A stretch of 55,013 bases of DNA from Terriglobales bacterium (lineage in GTDB: Bacteria; Acidobacteriota; Terriglobia; Terriglobales; Acidobacteriaceae), in the NCBI GenBank assembly GCA_038199445.1, contig JBBPYY010000112.1, positions 1 through 55,013 on the forward strand. Direction: 5' to 3'. The notes under the pieces are model-generated. The model ran no database searches, was not told the origin of the DNA, and saw only the letters and a list, made by a program, of their open reading frames with translations. Position 1 is the stretch's first letter. Each line of letters opens with the position of its first letter. Position numbers and translations under genes: made by a program. This document shows positions 35,648 to 45,353 of this stretch, piece after piece.

Positions 35648-36720
35648 TGCATCTCCCTCAGCGTTTCGCGCAGGGCTGTGATACCGGTCTGCGTATGTTC
35701 GCGCGTACCCACCGACATGCGAACGCAGCCGGCGCAGCCGGGATCGGTATTGCGGTCGCGAACCAGCACTCCGCGCGCGCGCATGACGCTGACGAGTTCG
35801 CGATGGCGATCGCCAATGCGCATCAGGATGTAGTTTGCGTGGCTCGGCCAGTGGGGCACGCCAAGTTCTGTAAGAGTGTCGTCGAGCAACTCGCGGCTGT
35901 AGCGGACCTCCTCGACATACCACTGCACGTATTCCTCGTCTTCGAGTGCAGGTGGCAGGCATGCGAGCGCGACGGCGTTGACGTTGTAGGGGGATGCGAC
36001 CTTACGCACGAAGCGCATCGCCTCGGAGGGACCGATGATGAGGCCGAGGCGCAGACCGGCAAGTCCGTACACCTTAGAGAAGGTGCGGGTGACGAAGAGG
36101 TTGGGCAGCGAGCCAATGCTCGGGAACAGGGTTTCGCCGTGAAAATGATAGTAGGCTTCGTCGGCGAGAATAGCGGCCTGCGGTGCCGCTGCGGCAATGC
36201 TCAGAATTTGCTCGGGAGACACGACGGCGCCGGTCGGATTGTTTGGTGACGCGATAGGAATGAATCGGGTGCGTTCATTGATCCGCTCCATCACGGCATT
36301 GATGGGGAATGCAAAATCCTGATCGGACAGGACGTCGTGGACGATTGCGCCGCGTGCCTGGGCGTTGATGTCGTACATCGCAAATGTCGGAACGGCGATG
36401 ATGGCTTCTTCGCCGGGGTCAAGGAAGGCTTCTGTGAGAAGGTGGATGGCTTCGTCGACACCGTTTGTGAGCATGACTTGATCGGGAGCGAAACCGAAAT
36501 GTTGGGCCACGATGCGCTCGACCGGCTCGCGTTCGGGATACTTCGTCAGATCATCGGCAGTGAGAGAGCGGAGACAGTCAAGAACACGCGGAGAAGGCGC
36601 GACAGTATGTTCGTTGAAGTCGAGGCGCAAACCATAGCGGCCGTGGAGCTGGGGATGGTACTCGCCCATCTGTTCGACCGCAGGTCGCGGTTGCAGCGCC
36701 ATCATTTTTGTTGCTGTCAT
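35629..36720 (-). CDS. hisC: Histidinol-phosphate aminotransferase
   Basis: PLP motif [14 protein letters not shown], in his operon context. Confidence 0.9.
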   Translation of the reverse strand: MTATKMMALQPRPAVEQMGEYHPQLHGRYGLRLDFNEHTVAPSPRVLDCLRSLTADDLTKYPEREPVERIVAQHFGFAPDQVMLTNGVDEAIHLLTEAFLDPGEEAIIAVPTFAMYDINAQARGAIVHDVLSDQDFAFPINAVMERINERTRFIPIASPNNPTGAVVSPEQILSIAAAAPQAAILADEAYYHFHGETLFPSIGSLPNLFVTRTFSKVYGLAGLRLGLIIGPSEAMRFVRKVASPYNVNAVALACLPPALEDEEYVQWYVEEVRYSRELLDDTLTELGVPHWPSHANYILMRIGDRHRELVSVMRARGVLVRDRNTDPGCAGCVRMSVGTREHTQTGITALRETLREMQWRSPK

Positions 36721-38003
36721 TTCGGTCCCTTGTCATTCTTCGCCCGCTCGAGACGCGCGCGCACCGACGCGGCGTGCGCGACGAGTCCTTCGGCGTCAGC
36801 AAGTGCGGCCGCTTTTGGCCCAAGAGCGGCGAGACCGCTAGCTGAATATTGCTGGACCGCAATGAGTTTTACAAAATCGAAGACGCTAAGTCCGCCTCGG
36901 GCGCGGGCGGAGGTGCCGGTGGGCAGCACATGATTGGGGCCTGTGATGTAGTCGCCCATGCTTTGTGGGGTATTCGAGCCTACGAAAATCGAGCCTGCGT
37001 TTGTGACCCAGTCCAGATCGCTGGCGCTATCTATGGTCAGATGTTCGGCGGCCAGGCGATTGGTGAGAGTCCGAGTTTCTTCGGTGGATCCGGTAAGGAA
37101 GACATAGCCGTGTTTCGATAGCGACTCACGGGCGATGTTGTTCTTCCCCGACTGCCGCTTGACCTGCTTGATTATGTCGCGAGCGAGTGTTGGATTTGCT
37201 GTGACGAGAATAGAAAGCGCCTGCGGGTCATGCTCCGCCTGCGCGACGATGTCGGATGCGAGCCATTCGGGATCGCCGGCTTCGGAGGCGACAACGATTT
37301 CAGTGGGACCGGCAAGCATGTCGATGGCGCAGTCGAAGGCGACAAGTTTTTTGGCTGAGGTGACATAGATGTTGCCGGGTCCAACGATCTTGTCAACGCG
37401 CGCGATGGTGTCGGTGCCGTAGGCGAGTGCAGCGATGGCGTGAGCTCCGCCGACGCGGTAAAAGTGTTCGACGCCCAGCAACGCAGCGGCGGCGAGCGTT
37501 TCTTTGGCAGGCTTCGGCGAGACGACGACGATGCGTTCGACGCCCGCGACCTGTGCCGGGATAACGGTCATGAGGAGAGTGGAGGGCAATGGGTAACGGC
37601 CACTGGGAACATAGCAACCGACAGCCGAGAGGGGTCGGACGCGTTGCCCAGCGCGGACGCCAGCGACGACGTCGAGCGTGAAGTCGTGCGGCATTTGCTG
37701 TTGGGCGAAGGCGCGGATGTTCGCGGCTGCAGTTTCGAGGGCCGCACGTACCTCGGGTGAAATCGAGTCGAACGCGGCGGTCATCTCTTCCGGTGTGATT
37801 TGTAACTGCGACTGTGGCGAGAGGCCATCGAACTTGTGCGCGTAGTTGCGCAAGGCCGTATCGCCGGAGCGACGGATGCTGGCGATAATGCGCTGGACGT
37901 CGCATTCAACGCGGGCGGTGTCAGCAGCGCCGCGCTGTTCCAACTTCCGCAGAAGCTTCTCTGCTTGCTCTGCGTCTCGTCCTGTGGTGCGAAAAAGTTT
38001 CAT
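36717..38003 (-). CDS. hisD: Histidinol dehydrogenase
   Basis: AGPTEIVV and QAEHDP motifs, 428 aa. Confidence 0.9.
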   Translation of the reverse strand: MKLFRTTGRDAEQAEKLLRKLEQRGAADTARVECDVQRIIASIRRSGDTALRNYAHKFDGLSPQSQLQITPEEMTAAFDSISPEVRAALETAAANIRAFAQQQMPHDFTLDVVAGVRAGQRVRPLSAVGCYVPSGRYPLPSTLLMTVIPAQVAGVERIVVVSPKPAKETLAAAALLGVEHFYRVGGAHAIAALAYGTDTIARVDKIVGPGNIYVTSAKKLVAFDCAIDMLAGPTEIVVASEAGDPEWLASDIVAQAEHDPQALSILVTANPTLARDIIKQVKRQSGKNNIARESLSKHGYVFLTGSTEETRTLTNRLAAEHLTIDSASDLDWVTNAGSIFVGSNTPQSMGDYITGPNHVLPTGTSARARGGLSVFDFVKLIAVQQYSASGLAALGPKAAALADAEGLVAHAASVRARLERAKNDKGPK

Positions 38004-38008
38004 CGGCG

Positions 38009-38884
38009 TTAGAGAACGATCTTGTTAAGTGGGTATTCGACGATGCCCGTGGCACCAGTCGCTTTCAACCGCGGGATGACGTCACGCACGCTGCGTTCGG
38101 AGAGGATTGTGTTGATGGCGTGCCAATCACTGTTTGTGAGTTGCGAGATAGTGGGCGCATTGAGAGCGGGAAGCACGGCGAGGACCGCGGCCAGATTGTC
38201 TTTCTGCACGTTCATCATCAGGCCGACCTGTCCCTGCGCGTCGATAGCTCCGCGCAGCATGAGGGCAATGTTATCTATCTTTTGTTTCTTGGTTGCGTTC
38301 TGGTAAGCGGACTTGTTTGCGATCAGTTGCGTCTCGCTCTCCATAATAGTGTCGATGATGCGCAGGCGATTGGCGCGTAGAGAGCTGCCGGTCTCGGTGA
38401 CTTCGACGATGGCGTCGGCGAGCATAGGCGGCTTTACCTCAGTGGCGCCCCAACTGAACTCGACTTTGACGGGGATATTTTTCCCAGCGAAGTAACGCTT
38501 CGAGACCTCTACCAGTTCCGTGGCGATGGTTTTGCCGGCGAGATCTTCGGCGCATTTGTAGGTCGAATCTTCAGGAACGGCCAGTACCCAACGGACCTTT
38601 TGCCGCGACTGTTTCGAGTAGGTCAGGCTGGTGATGATTTCAACATCCAGACCGTTTTCGACGATCCAGTCGTTTCCGGTGAGTCCCGCATCGAGCACGC
38701 CTTTTTCGACGTAACGCGCCATTTCCTGCGCGCGGATGAGCATGCACTCGAGTTCAGGGTCGTCGATAGTAGGGAAGTAGGAGCGTCCATTTGCGTAGAT
38801 GTTCCAGCCGGCGCGTTCGAACAACGCAACGGTGGCATCTTGCAGGCTGCCCTTGGGGATGCCGAGTCTGATTGTGGGAGGCAT
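38009..38884 (-). CDS. hisG: ATP phosphoribosyltransferase, long form with C-terminal regulatory domain
   Basis: Start at 38884 gives [15 protein letters not shown]. At 291 aa it implies no need for HisZ. The start overlaps the hisI stop (TAATG). Confidence 0.9.
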   Translation of the reverse strand: MPPTIRLGIPKGSLQDATVALFERAGWNIYANGRSYFPTIDDPELECMLIRAQEMARYVEKGVLDAGLTGNDWIVENGLDVEIITSLTYSKQSRQKVRWVLAVPEDSTYKCAEDLAGKTIATELVEVSKRYFAGKNIPVKVEFSWGATEVKPPMLADAIVEVTETGSSLRANRLRIIDTIMESETQLIANKSAYQNATKKQKIDNIALMLRGAIDAQGQVGLMMNVQKDNLAAVLAVLPALNAPTISQLTNSDWHAINTILSERSVRDVIPRLKATGATGIVEYPLNKIVL

Positions 38885-39264
38885 TATTTGTCGTCTCCTG
38901 TCGCTGCGGTGGCAACTTCGAGTGGCCGGGTGAAGCAACTGACCGTTCCTTCATGACAGACGAGGCCGTCGCCCTGTACTTCGACGCGCAAGAGAAGCGT
39001 GTCCTGATCGCAGTCGGTGATCACGCCTACGACGCGCAAGCGGTTGCCGCTGGTTTCGCCCTTCGTCCAGAGCTTCTGGCGGGTGCGGCTCCAGAAGGTG
39101 ACGAAGCCTGATTCCTGGGTACGTCTCCAGCTGGTTTCATTCATGAAGCCGAGCATCAGCACCTGCCCGGTTGCGTCGTCCTGGACGATGGCGGGTAGCA
39201 GGCCCTCCATTTTCGCGAAATCGATAGACGGTGGCGTGTTGCTGGCGGTTGCGTCTGTGGTCAT
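38884..39264 (-). CDS. hisI: Phosphoribosyl-AMP cyclohydrolase (monofunctional, no HisE domain)
   Basis: [21 protein letters not shown]...[18 protein letters not shown]...DCDQD motifs. Confidence 0.9.
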   Translation of the reverse strand: MTTDATASNTPPSIDFAKMEGLLPAIVQDDATGQVLMLGFMNETSWRRTQESGFVTFWSRTRQKLWTKGETSGNRLRVVGVITDCDQDTLLLRVEVQGDGLVCHEGTVSCFTRPLEVATAATGDDK

Positions 39265-39307
39265 GATCGTCTCTGATTATCCTGTTCGAGCCCGTTACGC
39301 TGGGGAC

Positions 39308-39345
39308 AATAAAAATCCGCCGGCGCAGGAAGCGCATCGGCGGGC
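39308..39345 (-). terminator. Attenuator terminator in the his operon leader
   Basis: Minus-strand RNA reads CCGCCG-AU-GCGC-UUCCU-GCGC-CGGCGG (10 bp, 2-nt bulge), followed by AUUUUUAUU. It lies 44 nt upstream of the hisI ATG. Confidence 0.7.
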
Positions 39346-39370
39346 TTTTTGACAACTTTTGCCTGGTAGA

Positions 39371-39436
39371 CTACGCCGCCGACACGCTTCTGGCGTGGTG
39401 ATGAGCGTGGCTGCGATGGTCTAGACGCACGAACAT
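39371..39436 (-). CDS. Candidate his operon leader peptide (21 aa, 5 His)
   Basis: Hand translation of the minus strand: ATG TTC GTG CGT CTA GAC CAT CGC AGC CAC GCT CAT CAC CAC GCC AGA AGC GTG TCG GCG GCG TAG = [21 protein letters not shown]. The Shine-Dalgarno sequence is weak. Confidence 0.55.
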   Translation of the reverse strand: MFVRLDHRSHAHHHARSVSAA

Positions 39437-39529
39437 GGCAAGTCCGACGCTAATGGGTGGGCCGCTGTCTGTCAAATACGAATTTTGTATGGTTGCCTGA
39501 GGGACGGCCCGCAGGGTAGGCTGCTGCGC

Positions 39530-39868
39530 ATGAAAATTTTTCGTAGTCTCTCGTACTCTCTCGTTCTGTTGGCGGCCGTCGCTGTCGGCACCAGTCTATT
39601 CGCGCAAACAGCAACGCCCGCTGCAAAGACTTCCAAGAGCGCCAAGTCTGCTGCTGCCGCCCCTGCGGCGAGCAGCGATCTGGTTGATCTAAACACCGCG
39701 TCCGAGGCTGACTTGAAAGCGCTGCCTGGCATCGGCGACGCTTACGCCGACAAGATCGTCAAGGGCCGGCCCTATACGGCGAAGACCCAGTTGATAAAGA
39801 AGGGGATTATTCCAGCCGGGACCTACGACAAGATCAAGGACAAGGTCATCGCGCACAAGGCTAAGTAA
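39530..39868 (+). CDS. ComEA-like secreted helix-hairpin-helix DNA-binding protein
   Basis: Signal peptide [26 protein letters not shown], then [30 protein letters not shown]. Confidence 0.75.
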   Translation: MKIFRSLSYSLVLLAAVAVGTSLFAQTATPAAKTSKSAKSAAAAPAASSDLVDLNTASEADLKALPGIGDAYADKIVKGRPYTAKTQLIKKGIIPAGTYDKIKDKVIAHKAK

Positions 39869-41030
39869 CGTTCTGGCCGGCGATGAATGATGTGATGAGC
39901 CTGCCCTCGGCGGAGACGACGGCGATGTTGGCGTCACGGCCGGGGGCGAGTTCGCCGTAGGTCTGCGATTCGCCGATGAGACGCGCCGGATTCGCACTGG
40001 CGGCGCGCGCCAGATCAGCGGCGGATGCACCGGTATAGTTGCGCAGGTTTTCGACCGCGCGGTCCATGGTCAAGACGCTGCCCGCTAGCTTGCCCTGATA
40101 CATGCAGCGGCCTGCGGCGACTTGGACTTTTAAATCTCCAAGCATGTAGTCGCCATCGGGCATGCCGGTCGCGCTGATCGCATCGGTGATCAGCACGGCG
40201 CGGTCGCGATGCTTGGCGTTGTGCCAGAGTCGCACCATCGTGGGGTGCACGTGAATACCGTCGCAAATGATTTCTGAGTACAGGTCGGCGCTTTCACTGA
40301 AGAGGCCGAGCGCACCGGCGGTTATGCCAGGATCGCGATGATCAAGGCTGCGCATGGCGTTGAAGGTGTGCGTAAAACTGCGACCTCCTGCGGCGATGCC
40401 GGCCAGCGTTTGCGCGGCATCGGCGTCGCTGTGACCGAGGCTAAGCGCGACCCCGAGCGCGGCGGCGTGACGAATCAGTTCGATTGCGCCGGGCGTTTCG
40501 GGTGCAATGGTCATCAGTTTGATATGGCCGCGCGAAGCCTGCCAGAAACGGTCGAAGAGTGGGATGGAGGGCGGCTGAATTTCTGCGGGCGGATGAACAC
40601 CGCGCTTCTGGTGGGAGATGAAGGGGCCCTCAAGATGGAGGCCGATGGGCCGCGCTTGGCCCGGGCGCGCGTCTTGCTCGATGAGGTCGGCGAGCTTTTC
40701 GAGAGACACGAGCGTTTTGTCGACGCCGGCGGTTACGGTCGTCGGCAGATATGCGGCAACGCCGCGCGATGCGAGGAATCGGCCAATGGCGGCAACTGCG
40801 GATGGCGCGCCTTCCATCACGTCATGGCCAGCGCTGCCGTGAATGTGAATATCGACAAACGAGGGCAGCAGCGTGGCGCCACTGAAATCTTGGTGCTGCG
40901 CGTTGTGTGGGATGTTCGTTTCTACGCGCGATGCGGTGCGCGTGATCCGGCCGTCTTCGATGAAGACAACCGGATCAAGGATGCGCGTGGACGGGGTAAT
41001 ACATTCGGCTGCGGTAATGACGATCTGCAC
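39861..41030 (-). CDS. nagA: N-acetylglucosamine-6-phosphate deacetylase
   Basis: GTG start. [16 protein letters not shown] and [16 protein letters not shown] motifs. Confidence 0.85.
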   Translation of the reverse strand: MQIVITAAECITPSTRILDPVVFIEDGRITRTASRVETNIPHNAQHQDFSGATLLPSFVDIHIHGSAGHDVMEGAPSAVAAIGRFLASRGVAAYLPTTVTAGVDKTLVSLEKLADLIEQDARPGQARPIGLHLEGPFISHQKRGVHPPAEIQPPSIPLFDRFWQASRGHIKLMTIAPETPGAIELIRHAAALGVALSLGHSDADAAQTLAGIAAGGRSFTHTFNAMRSLDHRDPGITAGALGLFSESADLYSEIICDGIHVHPTMVRLWHNAKHRDRAVLITDAISATGMPDGDYMLGDLKVQVAAGRCMYQGKLAGSVLTMDRAVENLRNYTGASAADLARAASANPARLIGESQTYGELAPGRDANIAVVSAEGRLITSFIAGQNVT

Positions 41031-41067
41031 GCTACAGATTGTCGCATTGGGTAGTGGAAAGGCTGGC

Positions 41068-43566
41068 CTATTTCAGATGCCAGGACTGACCACCGAGGCT
41101 GAAGCGCAGCCCCGCACGGAAGGTAAACGGCAACGCGGGAAAGCCGAAGACCTCTTGATATCGCTGGTTGAGCAGGTTGTCGGTTGAAGCGAAGGCGCGG
41201 ATATTGTGGGTGAAATCGTAGCTCCCGCTGAGCGCGAGGCGTTGATAGGCGGGGTCGAGGTTCTTGTTGGGGAGCAGCAGGGTGTTTCCTCCGTTGGAAT
41301 CTGTGAGGAACGTGCTGTCGTCGCGGCGTCCAGCCAGCGTACCGGTAAGAGTTGCGGCCCAGCGCGACTGGGAGTAGCCGAGCGCGAAATAGCCAGACTG
41401 CGGTGCGCGGCGGAAGGGCCGGGCTCCTTTTAGTGGAGAAAACTGGCCAATTGGGATGCCGGGAATGTTCGTATTGAAAGACGGCGATAAGACTCCACTT
41501 GAGAAGGAGCGCTGCACGGTGGAGTCGAGAAAGGTATAGCCGCCGCGGGCAAAGAGATGATTCGAAATATGGTATTCGCCGATGGCCTCAAGACCCTGGG
41601 CGCGAAAGGCGAGTGAGTTGATGTATGCGCCGAAGCTGTCGACAACGATTTGTGCCAGGGCAGGGGGAACTCCAAGAGCAGTTAGAGACTGCAGGCTGCC
41701 GAGAAACTCCGGTACGTCGCCGAACTGATTGTGAAAATAAATGATGCTGGCGAGTGCGCGACCGTTGAGAAATTCCTGGTCGACGCCGCTGTCATAGGTT
41801 CGCGAACGCTGCGCGTGGATCGGCGAGACGTGGAACTGCTGGATAAGTTCAGCACCGTTTGGCAGGCCGCTAAGAAGCGCGAAAAGAGAGTTCTGTTGTG
41901 CAGGGACGGAGGGCTCAAGGATGCCTTTGCCAAAGTTGAAACGCAGGCGTGTTCCCGTGAGTAAGCCGGAGGACTTGGGGCGTAGCGCGTAGTACGCAAG
42001 CGAGACGCGCGGAGTCGGCTCGAAGCCGAAGACCGAGTTATGTTCGAGCCCCGCTCCGACGGTGTAGTGAAGGCGTTCGAAGAGAGTTCCGCCGAGTTGC
42101 AGCGTGCCGAGATAGTCATCGCGACTAGCGGTTGAGGGCAGTACGAAACCGGGTTCGGCGAAGACTTGCTTGCCGCGTGCATTCTCAAAGCGGAAAGCAG
42201 CGAGAGCGACCAGTTTCTGCGAATGCGCATAGTCAGTCTGGGCATAAACGAAGTCGCGATTGGTGGTGGTGCTGAACGTCTGGGGATTGAAGCCAGGACA
42301 CGAGCCAGTGGACGCGCTTCCTGAAGCAGTGAAGCCATTGGCGCCGCGGAGGGTGACGGGAGTTCCAACAAATTGCTGCGGAGCAAAACAATTGGCATCC
42401 AGCGGCCCATTGTTGTCGAGGATGCCGAAGGGTAGAGGCGAGTTGTTGAGTGCGCGCAGACGCTGCACTCCATAACGCGCCAGGCTGTGCCATTTCTCAG
42501 TGGTGTGATCTTCGAGCGTTGCCGAAAGATAGAGGTCGCGCTCAAGGTGGTTGGAGGTGTCGGGTACGCCATAAAGCAGTAGCGCGTTGGGCTCGTCTGC
42601 TTTCTGCGACACGCGGCGGACAGTCGTGCGCAACTGAGTGCGCGGAGAGAATGTGTAGCCGAAGTTGCCGGCGATGGTTGCATCATGCGCCTTGCTGTTG
42701 GGAAGACTGTTGGATGTGTCCCAGCGGCCGAAGTCAGCGTAGTAATCAAACGGGCGATAGGCACCCGCGACCGAGCCGTCTTGACGATAGGTGTTGAAGT
42801 TGCCGCCATCGCCGCTGTAGGTGAAGAAGGGCAGCGGGGTGACGCCGCGCTCTGTATTCAAGCTGACGACTCCGGCGAGCGCATCTTGTCCGTAGATTTC
42901 GCTGTTCGGCCCGCGGAATACGTCAATCGTGGAGAGGCCATTTGCTGCGATGCTGCCGAAGTTGACGCTGCCACCGATGTCATTGGTGGGGACGCCATCG
43001 ATGAGGACTTTGTTGGCGCTTGAGTCGCCGCCGCGAATGAAGAGAGAAGTGACCGCACCACGCTGGCCCGAGGTGCTGACCTGCAGCCCGGGAAGCAGAC
43101 GCAATGACTGCTCTATATCGAGCGTGCCGGGATAGGGAGTTTCAAGGACAGAGACGGAAGCGCCGACCTGCGATTCAAGTTGGGGCAAGCCTGTGGCGGT
43201 AACGGTGACGCTTTGCTGGACCTCTCCAATTTTCAGCGTGAGGTCGATGCGTGCCTGTTGAGAGGAAGCGATGTAGACCGAATCGCTGGTGATGGCGGCG
43301 AAGCCGGTCGAGCTGGCGCGCACGCTGTACCGGCCAGCATGGTCGAGTGTGAAGCTGAACGCGCCGATTTGATCGGTAACGGTGGAAGAAACCGCTGACT
43401 GGTGTTCGTCCAGCAGTTCAACCTTGGCTGAGGGAATGAATGCGCCGAGCGAATCGCGGACAGTACCCCGGATTTCTGCGGCGAAGGAAGTAAGTGAGAG
43501 CGTGAAGGCGAGGAACAGGAATAGACGGCGAAGCGGCCGCAGGCGCGACGTGTTGAGAATAGGCAT
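41068..43566 (-). CDS. TonB-dependent receptor with an N-terminal carboxypeptidase-regulatory-like domain; probable corrinoid receptor given its riboswitch
   Basis: Signal peptide, EIRGTVRDSLGAFIPSAKVEL (CarboxypepD_reg), plug region (RGGDSSANKVLIDGVPTND), and a C-terminal barrel ending in an aromatic residue. Confidence 0.85.
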   Translation of the reverse strand: MPILNTSRLRPLRRLFLFLAFTLSLTSFAAEIRGTVRDSLGAFIPSAKVELLDEHQSAVSSTVTDQIGAFSFTLDHAGRYSVRASSTGFAAITSDSVYIASSQQARIDLTLKIGEVQQSVTVTATGLPQLESQVGASVSVLETPYPGTLDIEQSLRLLPGLQVSTSGQRGAVTSLFIRGGDSSANKVLIDGVPTNDIGGSVNFGSIAANGLSTIDVFRGPNSEIYGQDALAGVVSLNTERGVTPLPFFTYSGDGGNFNTYRQDGSVAGAYRPFDYYADFGRWDTSNSLPNSKAHDATIAGNFGYTFSPRTQLRTTVRRVSQKADEPNALLLYGVPDTSNHLERDLYLSATLEDHTTEKWHSLARYGVQRLRALNNSPLPFGILDNNGPLDANCFAPQQFVGTPVTLRGANGFTASGSASTGSCPGFNPQTFSTTTNRDFVYAQTDYAHSQKLVALAAFRFENARGKQVFAEPGFVLPSTASRDDYLGTLQLGGTLFERLHYTVGAGLEHNSVFGFEPTPRVSLAYYALRPKSSGLLTGTRLRFNFGKGILEPSVPAQQNSLFALLSGLPNGAELIQQFHVSPIHAQRSRTYDSGVDQEFLNGRALASIIYFHNQFGDVPEFLGSLQSLTALGVPPALAQIVVDSFGAYINSLAFRAQGLEAIGEYHISNHLFARGGYTFLDSTVQRSFSSGVLSPSFNTNIPGIPIGQFSPLKGARPFRRAPQSGYFALGYSQSRWAATLTGTLAGRRDDSTFLTDSNGGNTLLLPNKNLDPAYQRLALSGSYDFTHNIRAFASTDNLLNQRYQEVFGFPALPFTFRAGLRFSLGGQSWHLK

Positions 43567-43599
43567 GAGTCTTCCCCTCGGAAGTACACAGCATGAATT

Positions 43600-43760
43600 C
43601 CCTCGCAGCCGGTCTCCTGACTTGCGCTTCAGCGATTTTGAGCGCCTTCCCGGGACGTAACTTCCCAGTGGCTGGCTTTCGAAGCCGTGCTCTCGATCTC
43701 AGCGCTCACAGTTACGGGGTAGTGGCGGAATTGCACCGCGCTTCCCGAACACCGCAAGGG
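43600..43760 (-). promoter_or_regulatory. Cobalamin (B12) riboswitch aptamer
   Basis: The minus strand contains GGGAAGCGCGGTGCAATTCCGCCACTACCCCGTAACTGT, GCCACTGGGAAG...CCCGGGAAGGCG and the B12 box AGTCAGGAGACCGGC. P1 pairs CCCTTGCGG with CTGCGAGGG. Downstream, CTTCC/GGAAG can sequester the GAGGGGAAG ribosome-binding site. Confidence 0.85.
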
Positions 43761-43844
43761 TTGGACTCAATATTCATCTATTGAAAGTGAACCAGTCAAT
43801 TCGTTCACCCCGTGAATCACAACACGACGGACGGCAAGCGAGGA

Positions 43845-45353
43845 CTATGGCGGCACTTCGCCGAGAAGTTCTTCTGCGGGATGAGCCGGAGTGATCGCGC
43901 GGCCATGCGGCAAGGTGATGCCATCCTGCTGAAGCAGCGCCTCATAGATCGGCGTTCTTCTCCAGTTGCGCGCGAGGGCGTACGCGCTCATGTTGGCGAT
44001 CATCAAGGGAAGAATGAGCCCGTAGCCCCCGGTCATTTCGAAAATGATGAGGACGGAAGTCATCGGTGCGCGGACAATGCCGGCGAATACAGCGCCCATG
44101 CCGACGAGTGCAAATGCGCCTATGGAATCCGTCGAATGATGGAAAACGGCGACGTCGATGTAGCCGACCGCGCCACCCAGCATGCCTCCAATAAAGAGAG
44201 CGGGTGCGAAAATGCCCCCGGCGCCGCCGCTCGCGTAGGAGCAGACGGTCGCGGCGAGTTTTAAGATGCAGAGTCCGATGAGCACCTTGAACGAGAGTGA
44301 GCCGGAGAGCGCGAGCGAAAGTGTCGCGTAGCCACCGCCAGTGATCCCGTGCTGCTTGAAAAGCAGGACCGCGAGCACCGCAAGGCCGCCAGTGAGGAGT
44401 CCTCCGATGGCGGGATGGACCCACTTCGGCACGGTGGTGAACTGCTTAAATTTCCCTCGAAGATTTAGAAGAGAGTCGGTGAAAGTGACGGATGCGAGAG
44501 CGGAGAGGACGCCGAGCAAGGCATATGAAAATAATGAGGACGCTGGCCCCATCGTGTAGGCATGACGGATTTCGAAGACGGGATGCTGGCCGAGAATGCT
44601 GCGTTCGACGACAGCGGCGATGGCTGCGGCGACGATGATTCCCGACAAGACTGTTTGATCGAGGTCGCCGACAACTTCTTCGAGAGTGAAGGTGACGGCT
44701 GCGATCGGTGCGTTGAATGCCGCAGCGATGCCGGCCGCGACACCGACCGATGCCATGCGGCGCTGACTCTGCGGCGACAGCGGCGAAATGCGGGCAAGAA
44801 AGCTGGAGATGCCTGCACAGATTTGTACGGTTGGGCCTTCGCGGCCGAGTGAGGCTCCGCTGCCTAGCTGCACGATGCCGAGAACGAATTTGCCGATTGC
44901 ATCCCGGAAAGGGACGCGCCCCGACTGGAGCGCGTAAGCAACTTTCACCTGGGGAATGCCGCTGCCGACTGCGCCGGGGACCCAGTAGAACAGGCCAAGA
45001 CCGACGACAAGTCCACCCAACGCGGGAGTAAGGATGGTCCAGTAGATCCAACTGTAGTTAGGAGCAGCCAGCGCGCGATCGATCATCAGCGATTCTGCTT
45101 TGCTGATTCCGACGTGAAAGGCGACCGCGGCGAGTCCGCAAAGCGCACCGCTAATGATGGTCAATACGAGCAGGCGCTGACGCTCGGTGGGGCTGAGGCG
45201 GAACAGCAGTGTAAGGAATCGAGTTCGCAGTGCGATGGGCTTGGGACGTTGCTGCAAATGACCTCGCAGAACCTGCCCCGAGTATAGACGGATGCTGTCG
45301 CGCCCTCGCGCCATCCTGGGGCTCGTGCGCAGACGGGGGCACGAAATCGGCAA
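43845..45353 (-). CDS. ClC family chloride channel / H+-Cl- antiporter
   Basis: GSGIPQ, GREGP and GIFAPALFIG selectivity-filter motifs. The track start is TTG at 45353; ATG at 45314 (MARGRD) is more likely. Confidence 0.85.
   Translation of the reverse strand: MPISCPRLRTSPRMARGRDSIRLYSGQVLRGHLQQRPKPIALRTRFLTLLFRLSPTERQRLLVLTIISGALCGLAAVAFHVGISKAESLMIDRALAAPNYSWIYWTILTPALGGLVVGLGLFYWVPGAVGSGIPQVKVAYALQSGRVPFRDAIGKFVLGIVQLGSGASLGREGPTVQICAGISSFLARISPLSPQSQRRMASVGVAAGIAAAFNAPIAAVTFTLEEVVGDLDQTVLSGIIVAAAIAAVVERSILGQHPVFEIRHAYTMGPASSLFSYALLGVLSALASVTFTDSLLNLRGKFKQFTTVPKWVHPAIGGLLTGGLAVLAVLLFKQHGITGGGYATLSLALSGSLSFKVLIGLCILKLAATVCSYASGGAGGIFAPALFIGGMLGGAVGYIDVAVFHHSTDSIGAFALVGMGAVFAGIVRAPMTSVLIIFEMTGGYGLILPLMIANMSAYALARNWRRTPIYEALLQQDGITLPHGRAITPAHPAEELLGEVPP

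Noticed and set aside
39311-39350. On the plus strand the his-leader hairpin is also followed by TTTTT and so looks like a plus-strand terminator
   Set aside because: No plus-strand gene ends upstream of it; the 39017-39352 ORF is antisense to hisI and spurious. The minus-strand reading has a full attenuator context, so the plus-strand T-tract is probably incidental or a bidirectional insulator.
41682-42809. A 375-aa alternative-frame ORF inside the TonB receptor gene. Similar long shadow ORFs occur at 40338-41054, 29700-30500, 10474-11517 and 9554-10234.
   Set aside because: All are nested in or antisense to genes with strong family signatures. Their Ser/Arg/Pro/Ala-rich composition is typical of out-of-frame GC-rich translation.
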